Origin: Candidatus Berkelbacteria bacterium
Lineage (GTDB): Bacteria; Patescibacteriota; UBA1384; XYA2-FULL-43-10; CAINNR01
Direction: 5' to 3'
NCBI GenBank assembly: GCA_037142675.1
Contig: JBAXAF010000003.1
Coordinates: 3,717 to 67,716, forward strand
DNA: 64,000 bases
Position numbers and translations under genes: made by a program. This document shows positions 47,254 through 55,612 of this stretch, piece by piece; positions within the stretch are counted from its first letter, which is position 1; every line of letters begins with the position of its first letter. The notes beneath the pieces are model-generated. The model was not told where the DNA came from. It searched no databases and saw only the letters and a program-made list of their open reading frames with translations.

Positions 47254-47501
47254 TCTATACAGGCAAAACTTGCCAAATGCTACTGGCAATTTCACGATAA
47301 ATATAATTTTGGTAAGCCGTAGTTGGTAATAAACTCGTTAAACTGCCATCGTATAATTAGTCTTGCAAAGATTATTAAAAACTAAAACTTCTCAAGCAAA
47401 AGTTGGAAATCCAGGTCATTTTCTGCTAGAATACACTCATTAGAACGTCAATCCAGATAAGCGAGTGTTCAAATGAAAGTGCTCAAGTCCACCAAAATAT
47501 T

Positions 47502-50306
47502 ATGAAAGATGCTGATAAAAAGAACTTTTACTGCCTAGATATGTTCCCGTATCCATCGGGAAGTGGTTTGCATGTTGGCCACCCTCGTGGTTATACAGCT
47601 ACCGATGTTTACTCGCGGTTCAAAAAACTCCAGGGTTTTAATGTTATCCACCCCATGGGTTGGGATGCTTTCGGACTTCCTGCGGAAAATTACGCTATTA
47701 AAAACAAAACTCACCCATCTAAGGTTGTCGAAGAAAATGTTGCTCACTTTAAATCTCAACTAGAAAAGTTTGATCTTTCATATGATTGGGAAAAAGAAGT
47801 AAATACCACTGACCCAAAATATTATCGTTGGACGCAATTCATTTTTCTTAAATTGTTTGAACGCGGTTTGGCCTATGAAGCTGAAGTGCCAATCAACTAC
47901 TGCCCATCTTGTAAAACCGGCTTAGCCAATGAGGAAGTTGTTGGCGGAAAATGCGAGCGTTGTGGAACTGCAGTCGAGAGAAAAAATATTCGCCAGTGGA
48001 TTTTGAAAATCACTGAATATGCAGATCGCCTATTGGAAGATTTGGATGGCCTGGATTGGCCAGAACCAATTAAAGAAATGCAAAAAAATTGGATTGGGCG
48101 AAGCGAAGGGAGCAATATTCGCTTCGAGCTTAAAGCGAAAAGCGAAAAGCGAAAAGCTGTGGAGTCGCTAAGCGATGACTATTTTATTGAAGTTTATACC
48201 ACCAGGGCTGATACTTTATACGGTTGCACCTGGGTGGTTTTGGCACCTGAACACATATTAGTTGACAAGTTAAAAGTTGAAAGTGAAAATCAAGAAGAAA
48301 TTAATGAGTATATTCAGAAATCCAAAAACAAATCAGATCTCGAACGAACGGAATTACAAAAAGAAAAAACTGGCGTCGAGCTAAAAGGCATCAAGGCAAT
48401 TAATCCTATAAATGGCAAGGAAGTTGCTGTTTGGGTTGCCGATTATGTCTTGGGCCATTATGGAACTGGTGCGGTAATGGCCGTCCCTGCTCACGATGAA
48501 CGTGACTTCGAATTTGCTAAAAAATATGACATTGATATTATCCAAACGATTGCGCCGCAAGTTACATATTATAAAACTCCACCAAAGGATGGTTTGCCAT
48601 ACGTTGAGAGAAACAGCATCGAAGTCATAGTCCGCGACCCAAAAACTGATAAATACCTTTGTCTAGAGTGGAAGAACCAGCCTTGGACAACATTTGTCAC
48701 CGGTGGTGTTGACGACGGTGAAGATTATCTAAGTGCTGCAAAACGCGAATTTCTAGAAGAAACCGGTTACAAGAACATTAAACTCATAAAATCTCTTGGC
48801 AGAACTCGGGCGGTTTTTCACGCTGCACACAAAAATGAAAATCGAGTTGGTAATATGGAAGGTTTTCTTTTTGAGCTAGTTGATGATGAGCGAAATGATA
48901 TGTCAAGTGACGAAAAAGCCATCCATGAAGTTATTTGGCTTTCGCGTGACGAATTAAAAATTGAGCGCATTGTTTGCGCTAGCTTTGAATACTGGATGCG
49001 CGGAATTGATGACAAGAGAAAAGCAATTGAAGACTACGGATATTTGGTAAATTCTGAGGAATTTAATGGCCTTTCATCTGCTGATGCCAAAAAGAAAATT
49101 ACTGAAAAACTAAAAGAATCTGGTCACGGGGATTTTACCGTTAACTACAAACTTCGTGATTGGGTTTTTTCTCGCCAGCGATATTGGGGCGAGCCAATTC
49201 CTATTGTTCATTGCGAAAAGTGTGGTATTGTTGCTGTTCCCGAAACAGATTTGCCGGTGCTTTTGCCTCATGTTGAAAAGTATGAGCCGACCGGCGATGG
49301 CACATCTCCCCTGTCTAACGAGTCTGATCCTGCAATTGCGGCTTGGCTCAATACCACATGCCCAGAGTGCGGTGGAAAAGCAAAACGTGAAACTAATACA
49401 ATGCCGCAGTGGGCCGGAAGTTGCTGGTACTATATCGCCTACCTGATGAAAACTGGTGATGAATATGTTTGGGATCGCGACAAAATTGACCCCTGGTTGC
49501 CAGTGAATTTATACGTCGGCGGCGCAGAACACGCAGTTCTGCATTTACTTTACTCCAGATTCTGGCACAAGGTTTTGTATGATGAAAAACTAGTTGGTAG
49601 CATTGAGCCATTCCAAAAGTTAATATCAGTCGGAACTATTTTGGGAATTGATGGTGTTAAAATGTCCAAATCGCGAGGTAATGTTATTGACCCTGATCCA
49701 CTGATTGAGAAATTTGGTTCCGACGCTTTAAAAATGTATGAACTCTATATTGGCCCGTTTTCACAACCAGCAAAATGGAGTCAAAATGGAATTGTTGGTA
49801 TGCACCGGTTTCTACAAAAAGTTGAAAAAATTTCAGATGCCGAAATCTCCGAATCAAATTCGAAAAATCTAGTGCCGATTAACAAAGCAATTAAGAAAGT
49901 TGCTGGGGATATTGAAAGTTTTAGCTTCAACACTGCGATTAGCACCTTAATCGAAACATTTGATCTTATTTCGACCAACAGTTGGGATAAACCATCAGCT
50001 GAAATATTTTTAACGCTCCTGTCCCCCTTCGCGCCGAAAATGGCCGAGCAAGTATCGCAAAAAATTGGAATTCAAATACCAATTTGGCCGGAATTCGATC
50101 CGAAGTACATCGCTGATGATAAAGTTACTATTGCTATCCAAATCAATGGAAAAGTTCGCGATCAAATTGAGATCGCAATTGATGAACCAGAGGAAAAAGT
50201 TAAGGAGTTAGTTTTAGAGAGAGAAAAGATAAAAAGCTGGATTTTAGAAGCTAAAATAAAGAAATTTATCTATGTTCCAGGCAAAATCATTAGTATTGTG
50301 GTCTAG
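47502..50306 (+). CDS. leuS: Leucyl-tRNA synthetase, with a roughly 150-aa insertion containing a complete NUDIX domain.
   Basis: HIGH region (HVGHPRGY). Editing domain (...AVPAHDERDFEFAKKYDIDI). Then an inserted segment with a perfect Nudix box GGVDDGEDYLSAAKREFLEETGY. Then canonical NYKLRDWVFSRQRYWGEPIPIVHCEKCG, a KMSKS-type VKMSKSRGN, and the anticodon-binding domain. Confidence 0.9.
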   Translation: MKDADKKNFYCLDMFPYPSGSGLHVGHPRGYTATDVYSRFKKLQGFNVIHPMGWDAFGLPAENYAIKNKTHPSKVVEENVAHFKSQLEKFDLSYDWEKEVNTTDPKYYRWTQFIFLKLFERGLAYEAEVPINYCPSCKTGLANEEVVGGKCERCGTAVERKNIRQWILKITEYADRLLEDLDGLDWPEPIKEMQKNWIGRSEGSNIRFELKAKSEKRKAVESLSDDYFIEVYTTRADTLYGCTWVVLAPEHILVDKLKVESENQEEINEYIQKSKNKSDLERTELQKEKTGVELKGIKAINPINGKEVAVWVADYVLGHYGTGAVMAVPAHDERDFEFAKKYDIDIIQTIAPQVTYYKTPPKDGLPYVERNSIEVIVRDPKTDKYLCLEWKNQPWTTFVTGGVDDGEDYLSAAKREFLEETGYKNIKLIKSLGRTRAVFHAAHKNENRVGNMEGFLFELVDDERNDMSSDEKAIHEVIWLSRDELKIERIVCASFEYWMRGIDDKRKAIEDYGYLVNSEEFNGLSSADAKKKITEKLKESGHGDFTVNYKLRDWVFSRQRYWGEPIPIVHCEKCGIVAVPETDLPVLLPHVEKYEPTGDGTSPLSNESDPAIAAWLNTTCPECGGKAKRETNTMPQWAGSCWYYIAYLMKTGDEYVWDRDKIDPWLPVNLYVGGAEHAVLHLLYSRFWHKVLYDEKLVGSIEPFQKLISVGTILGIDGVKMSKSRGNVIDPDPLIEKFGSDALKMYELYIGPFSQPAKWSQNGIVGMHRFLQKVEKISDAEISESNSKNLVPINKAIKKVAGDIESFSFNTAISTLIETFDLISTNSWDKPSAEIFLTLLSPFAPKMAEQVSQKIGIQIPIWPEFDPKYIADDKVTIAIQINGKVRDQIEIAIDEPEEKVKELVLEREKIKSWILEAKIKKFIYVPGKIISIVV

Positions 50307-50402
50307 CGCTTGATTTTTTCGTCATTTTTTGTCATACTGCAATAGTAAATTCAATCATTTTAAATTTTGATTTTTAAATTATAAATTGGAGCTTAAGCGA
50401 TC

Positions 50403-50612
50403 ATGGCCGAACCAAAAAAGAAATTATCAAAAACAAGAACTCGCAGTCGTCGACACCAAATTAAACATAATGAAGTTGGTATTGTTTATTGTGACCAATG
50501 TCATGCGCCTATGCAGCGACACCACATCTGCAAGAATTGTGGAACCTATCGCGGCAAAAAAGTAGTTGACTCAGAAGAAAAAGTTGAAGCTGCACCAGCC
50601 AGTAAAGAATAA
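50403..50612 (+). CDS. rpmF: 50S ribosomal protein bL32.
   Basis: N-terminal PKKKLSKTRTRSRRHQ and the CDQC...CKNCGTYRGKKV zinc ribbon. Confidence 0.75.
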   Translation: MAEPKKKLSKTRTRSRRHQIKHNEVGIVYCDQCHAPMQRHHICKNCGTYRGKKVVDSEEKVEAAPASKE

Positions 50613-50632
50613 TTTGTAAGGAGTGGGATACT

Positions 50633-51067
50633 ATGAATAGACATCTTTCTCGCATGGTTGCGATGCAGGCTATATATGAGTGGAACTTTCGTCCGGATGC
50701 TGATCTAAATGAAATTCTCGAGCGTTCAATCGCTGAGTTTGCTGATGATATTGACAAAGATTTTGTTAAGTCAGAAATTATTGGTGTCAGTAAAAACAGA
50801 GAAGAGCTGGACAAAGAAATAGCTATTAGCGCTCCCGAGTGGCCTATTGAACAAATCTCGATGATTGATAAATCGATTTTAGAAATTGCGATTTTTGAAC
50901 TTTTATATTCTAGCGATGTGCCACCAAAAGTATCAATTAATGAAGCCATTGAATTGGCAAAACAGTTTGGAAATAACAACTCTGGTAAGTTCATCAACGG
51001 AGTACTTGGTACAATTTACGACAAGCATATTGAGACAATAAAGAAAAAGGAACTTGGTAATGAATGA
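50633..51067 (+). CDS. nusB: Transcription antitermination factor NusB.
   Basis: 144 aa all-helical. N-terminal SRMVAMQAIYEW, typical of NusB. Confidence 0.75.
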   Translation: MNRHLSRMVAMQAIYEWNFRPDADLNEILERSIAEFADDIDKDFVKSEIIGVSKNREELDKEIAISAPEWPIEQISMIDKSILEIAIFELLYSSDVPPKVSINEAIELAKQFGNNNSGKFINGVLGTIYDKHIETIKKKELGNE

Positions 51068-51752
51068 CACAAACGAACTAGCCGAAAAACTTGGACTAAA
51101 ATTTAATGATCCTGAAATATTACAGCAAGCATTTATTCACAGATCATACATTAACGAACATCGCAGCTCTGGTCTTTCGCACAACGAGCGCCTGGAGTTC
51201 CTTGGAGACGCTGTTTTGGAACTGGCTGTCACCGAACACTTATTCAACAAATATGACCGCCCAGAGGGCGAAATGACCGCCTGGCGCAGTGCCTTAGTAA
51301 AGGGGGAATCACTATCCGCTGAAGCAAAAATAATTGGTCTTGAGTCCTGTCTAAAAGTTTCTCGCGGTGAATCTAAGAATACCGGCAAAGCCAGGGACTT
51401 AATCTTGGCCAACGCTTTTGAGGCACTTTTGGGAGCAATTTATTTGGATCAGGGATATGACGTTGTTAAAAAATTCGTCGAGGATCATATTATTTATAAA
51501 CTAGACGATATTCTAGCCGGAGATCATTTCATAGATGCAAAATCCCGTTTGCAAGAGTTGTCACAAGAAAAATTCTCGATTACTCCGACATATGAAACTG
51601 TCGTTGAAACCGGCCCGGATCATAATAAAAAATTCGTTGTGGCTGTACTAATTGGCAAGAAAAAAATCGGCGAAGGTGATGGCAATTCAAAACAAAAAGC
51701 CCAAATCGCTGCCGCCGCAAACGCCCTCGAGAATAAAGAACTATTTATCTAG
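51054..51752 (+). CDS. rnc: Ribonuclease III.
   Basis: Signature NERLEFLGDAVLELAV, plus a C-terminal dsRBD. 232 aa. Confidence 0.88.
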   Translation: MVMNDTNELAEKLGLKFNDPEILQQAFIHRSYINEHRSSGLSHNERLEFLGDAVLELAVTEHLFNKYDRPEGEMTAWRSALVKGESLSAEAKIIGLESCLKVSRGESKNTGKARDLILANAFEALLGAIYLDQGYDVVKKFVEDHIIYKLDDILAGDHFIDAKSRLQELSQEKFSITPTYETVVETGPDHNKKFVVAVLIGKKKIGEGDGNSKQKAQIAAAANALENKELFI

Positions 51753-52403
51753 AATTTTTTTGATACTATCAATTGATTTCTGCACATTCCTTTGACCGTG
51801 TCCAACTGGATAGTGTACAGGAACTACAGAATAACATTTGTTTTTAATATTAATTGTTTTTCCGGAGTTGTCTGCGGATATTTTTATGTTCTCGCCGAGA
51901 ATAATCGAGCTAACTTGCGTTCCAAAGGTCACAATGGTATTTGGTTCTAGTAAATCAATTTCCTGAAAGAGCAACTCCAGATATTCAAAAAATATATTGT
52001 TATCTAGGTGTTTGGCGTCTGACTGAGTGCATTTCGCTAAATTCGTGATAAAAACATCTTTGTCAGCTATATTTTCGTATAGTTTAGTAGAAAAAGACTC
52101 GTTCCATTGAACAGGCTTCATCTCCATAACTTGACTAAATAGCGGCTCGTCTAAAAGTTGTAATTGGTAAAACATTTTCCAGATATTTTTGATCCCCAAC
52201 CAAGGCGCCCTGATCCCTGTCCATGATCTTTGTGCAGCAACATTCCTGGCAGTTGGATTCATAAAAATAAACATAATTCTAGGGCTATTTGTACAACCGG
52301 CGCCATAAATAGAATTCAATGTTGCGTCACCGTATTTCAATTGATGTAAATCAAAATAAGGGTGAAGGGACGTTAACTGCAACTTTGACATTACTGAGGC
52401 CAA
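51741..52403 (-). CDS. Uracil-DNA glycosylase superfamily protein (family-4-like fold with non-canonical motif A).
   Basis: Layout matches family 4 UDG (IMFIFMNPT.....W.G..APWLG ... VFITNLAKC ... VVPVHYPVG). Motif A is FMNPT rather than GEGPG. Confidence 0.5.
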   Translation of the reverse strand: MASVMSKLQLTSLHPYFDLHQLKYGDATLNSIYGAGCTNSPRIMFIFMNPTARNVAAQRSWTGIRAPWLGIKNIWKMFYQLQLLDEPLFSQVMEMKPVQWNESFSTKLYENIADKDVFITNLAKCTQSDAKHLDNNIFFEYLELLFQEIDLLEPNTIVTFGTQVSSIILGENIKISADNSGKTINIKNKCYSVVPVHYPVGHGQRNVQKSIDSIKKILDK

Positions 52404-53356
52404 ACTACGTTAGTGAAGCCCCAATCTAGGAGTTTGCGGGCTTCGTCAGCAGAGGCTGGCGCTGTATTAGCGAATGTTCCTAGTATGACTGCAATTAGTG
52501 TGTGGTTATTCCGTGTGGCAGCACCAACAAGACAGTGGCTAGCGGCATCAGTAAAGCCGGTTTTGACACCAATTGCGCCCGGGTATTGGTAGGAAGTAAC
52601 TAATCTATTTGAATTTTCTATTGGGTGGAAAATTGTTTTTGTTGTGTTGGTGGCAACATAATTTTGAGTATCAACAATTTCCCTAAATGTTGGATTTTTC
52701 AAAGCATATCTTGTTATCGTTGCAAGATCAGCAGCGGAAGAGTAGCCATCATCAGAGAGTCCTGCTGGATCCATATAATGTGTATCATTCATACCGAGCT
52801 CTTTGGCCTTAGCATTCATTTTGTCGACAAATATTTGGTAACCCTCATTGTCTCCAGTTTTGTTCATAAATGCGCCAAGCGCATATGCGGAATCATTGCC
52901 AGATTTTATCAATAAGCAATGCAGCAATTCCGAAACGCTGATTTTTTCCCCTGATCTTAAGTTAACAACAGTGGGAATTTGCTGAGTTGCCTTTAGGGGA
53001 ACTGTGACCACATCATCTAATTTATAATTCTCCAAAGCAACAACTGCAGCCATAATTTTTGTAGTGGAAGCAATTGGAACGTGAGTATTTGGGTTTTTTG
53101 ACAAAAGCACGGCACCTGTTTCTCCGTCAACCAAGGAGTAATTTTTTGTCAAAATGTTTGCTTTAGGACTGTTAATTTTAGTATCAGGAAGATCTAGAAT
53201 TTTAGGTAATACTAATTGTTGATCAGAGGCCTCTGCGGAAGTAAAAGATTCGCGCGAATAGCTGTCAGCAATTTTTTGGTCAAATTTACCGGACGATAAA
53301 TTAAAACCAACAAGATTGCAAATTATCGATATAGCTATTAAAGGCTTAGAAATCAT
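52391..53356 (-). CDS. D-alanyl-D-alanine carboxypeptidase (peptidase S11, PBP5-like), with an N-terminal signal/anchor.
   Basis: SxxK (ASTTKIMA), SGN (LIKSGNDSA) and KTG (GVKTGFT) motifs. Confidence 0.8.
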   Translation of the reverse strand: MISKPLIAISIICNLVGFNLSSGKFDQKIADSYSRESFTSAEASDQQLVLPKILDLPDTKINSPKANILTKNYSLVDGETGAVLLSKNPNTHVPIASTTKIMAAVVALENYKLDDVVTVPLKATQQIPTVVNLRSGEKISVSELLHCLLIKSGNDSAYALGAFMNKTGDNEGYQIFVDKMNAKAKELGMNDTHYMDPAGLSDDGYSSAADLATITRYALKNPTFREIVDTQNYVATNTTKTIFHPIENSNRLVTSYQYPGAIGVKTGFTDAASHCLVGAATRNNHTLIAVILGTFANTAPASADEARKLLDWGFTNVVWPQ

Positions 53357-54135
53357 AGAATATCTTCCTTAAGTACTTTGACCATTTGCCCCGGTTTTAA
53401 GCCGAGTTTTGAAAGTTTCAGTTTGCCGACTTGGACTCTTTTTAAGTTAAGAACTTCAAGCCCAATTTTACCGGCCATTATACGCAGCTGTCGGCTTCTT
53501 CCTTGATGGAGTGTAACTTCTAGCTTGTTATCAGCAACAAATCTTGCCTTATCGACATAATATCGCTTACTGTTGTGCATTATACCTTTAAGAAACTGAC
53601 GGATTATCCCCTCTTTGCCCAGTGTGGTAGGTTTGCCGCCGTATTCCAGGTGATATACCTTTTCTTTGGTGAACGAAGGATGAGCCAACTCATTCGCAAA
53701 GTCACCGTCGTTGGTCAAAATCAGCAGTCCTTCAGTTTCTTTATCTAGTCTACCTACTGAAAAAAGCCGGTTTTCTTTTGGCAGGAATTTCTTGATTGAT
53801 TCACCTTGTTCATCTGACGAAGAAGTAATGTATCCGACTGGTTTGTAAAAAGCAAAATACTGAAAATCGCTCACAGGCTTGACTTCTTTTCCGCCAACGA
53901 CAACTTTGTCTATCTCTGGATTTATTTGAATGCCAGTTTTGGCTTTCTCGTTATTAACTAAAACTTTTCCGGATTTAATTAATTGATCCACGCCTCTACG
54001 CGAGGCAATCCCGGCCTGGGCTATAAATTTATTGATTCTAACTGGTTTATTAGCTCCGTTTTGCCCTGCTTCGCGGGATTTCGCAAGACTATTTGTGTTG
54101 TTATTGTGCTCAATCATTTGTCTGGGTTTCTGCAC
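53353..54135 (-). CDS. Pseudouridine synthase, RsuA/RluB family, with an S4 RNA-binding domain.
   Basis: S4 domain (RINKFIAQAGIASRRGVDQLIKSGKVLVNN) and the catalytic motif GRLDKETEGLLILTNDG. Confidence 0.8.
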   Translation of the reverse strand: MQKPRQMIEHNNNTNSLAKSREAGQNGANKPVRINKFIAQAGIASRRGVDQLIKSGKVLVNNEKAKTGIQINPEIDKVVVGGKEVKPVSDFQYFAFYKPVGYITSSSDEQGESIKKFLPKENRLFSVGRLDKETEGLLILTNDGDFANELAHPSFTKEKVYHLEYGGKPTTLGKEGIIRQFLKGIMHNSKRYYVDKARFVADNKLEVTLHQGRSRQLRIMAGKIGLEVLNLKRVQVGKLKLSKLGLKPGQMVKVLKEDIL

Positions 54136-55543
54136 GCTCTAGCGCTTTGCCCTTGGCTTCATCAGCCAATTTAATATGAACATCCTTGAGTTGTTGTTCT
54201 GAAACATTTGATGGCGCACCCATCATTGGGTCCCTAGCGTCACCGGTTTTTGGAAAGGCTATAACTTCGCGGATGACCTCTTCGCCTGCTAAAACTGCGA
54301 CGATTCTGTCTATCCCAGGGGCAATGCCACCATGCGGCGGCGCACCGTATTCGAATGCTTCAAGCATATGGCCAAAACGTCTGGCTTTTTCATCCTCAGA
54401 AACTCCCAGCATGTCGAATATTTTATTTTGAATGGCCCTATCATGAATTCTAATTGATCCACTTGCCATTTCGAAGCCATTTAATACTAAATCGTAACAA
54501 TAAGCTCGGACGCTGGTCGGATCGGAATCAATTTTATCAATGTCTTCTTTGTATGGCATGGTAAAGGGATGATGGGTGGATACGAGTTTCTTGTCAGCTT
54601 TTGAATATTTGAAAAGTGGGGCATCGACAATCCAGGCGAAAGCAAGCTCGTTTTTGTCGGTTTTATCCTTGCGCAAATCAGGCTTGTCATTACCGTATTT
54701 TTCCATTGACTCCGCATAAGTTATTCGAGGAAACGGTTTTGAAGATAATCCTTTATTTGGTGCTAATTTTTCGACCAATTCAATCATCATCTTCTCAACC
54801 AGGCTCAAAATGTCCTCTTGATCAACAAAGCTCATTTCCATATCAAGCTGCGTAAATTCAGGTTGTCTGTCCCCTCTTTGATCTTCATCGCGGAAACAGC
54901 GGGCAATCTGAAAATATCGTTCAATTCCACCGACCATCAACAGCTGCTTAAATTGCTGCGGACTTTGTGGTAAAACATAAAACTCACCAGGGTACAATCT
55001 AGCTGGGACAATATATTCTCTAGCACCTTCAGGCGTTGATTTAGTTAAATACGGGGTTTCAATTTCTCGGAAATCTTCTTTGTATAAATATTCGCGGAAG
55101 AATTTAATAACGTCATGGCGAAGGGTGATATTTTTTGCCATTCGCTCGCTGCGAAGATCCAGATATCGATATTTTAACCGAAGCTCTTCGTCAACGCGCG
55201 AAGTATCTTTGTCAACTTCAAACGGTGGAGTTTTTGCAGGATTTAAGATTTCGATATCAATTGCTTCCATTTCAACTGTTCCAGTAACTAAGTCTTTATT
55301 GATCATTTTTTCTGGTCTGGCATTGATCTTCCCCGTAACAGATATAACCCACTCTGGTCGGACATCAGTAATTTTTTCGTAGGCCTTTGAGCCGGGGACA
55401 AAAACAATTTGAATCAATCCGCTCATATCCCGAAGATCAACGAAAACAATTTTCCCGTGATCACGCCTTGTATTAACCCAGCCGGAAATTAGAACTTCTT
55501 CGCCGATTTTTGATACTGTTTCCTTAATAAATATTCTTTTCAT
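54110..55543 (-). CDS. aspS: Aspartyl-tRNA synthetase, compact form lacking the bacterial GAD insertion domain.
   Basis: OB anticodon-binding N-terminus. Class II motifs FREIETPYLTKSTPEGAREYIVPAR, FYVLPQSPQQFKQLLMVGG, QIARCFRDEDQRGDRQPEFTQLDMEMSF. 477 aa. Confidence 0.88.
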   Translation of the reverse strand: MKRIFIKETVSKIGEEVLISGWVNTRRDHGKIVFVDLRDMSGLIQIVFVPGSKAYEKITDVRPEWVISVTGKINARPEKMINKDLVTGTVEMEAIDIEILNPAKTPPFEVDKDTSRVDEELRLKYRYLDLRSERMAKNITLRHDVIKFFREYLYKEDFREIETPYLTKSTPEGAREYIVPARLYPGEFYVLPQSPQQFKQLLMVGGIERYFQIARCFRDEDQRGDRQPEFTQLDMEMSFVDQEDILSLVEKMMIELVEKLAPNKGLSSKPFPRITYAESMEKYGNDKPDLRKDKTDKNELAFAWIVDAPLFKYSKADKKLVSTHHPFTMPYKEDIDKIDSDPTSVRAYCYDLVLNGFEMASGSIRIHDRAIQNKIFDMLGVSEDEKARRFGHMLEAFEYGAPPHGGIAPGIDRIVAVLAGEEVIREVIAFPKTGDARDPMMGAPSNVSEQQLKDVHIKLADEAKGKALERAETQTND

Positions 55544-55580
55544 ATTTGTCCTTACGTATTATTTTGATTTAGTGAATTTT

Positions 55581-55612
55581 TCTGTGATATTCCGTGTGAA
55601 AAATCCGTGTGG
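55581..55612. promoter_or_regulatory. tctgtgatattccgtgtgaaaaatccgtgtgg: two copies of the ATCCGTGTG element in the aspS 5' spacer.
   Basis: Seen directly between the pheT stop and the aspS start. Confidence 0.4.

Noticed and set aside
47260-47501. T-box riboswitch leader upstream of leuS.
   Set aside because: There is no T-box consensus (AGGGUGGNACCGCG) or specifier or antiterminator architecture. It is only a promoter-like TTGCTA...TACACT region.
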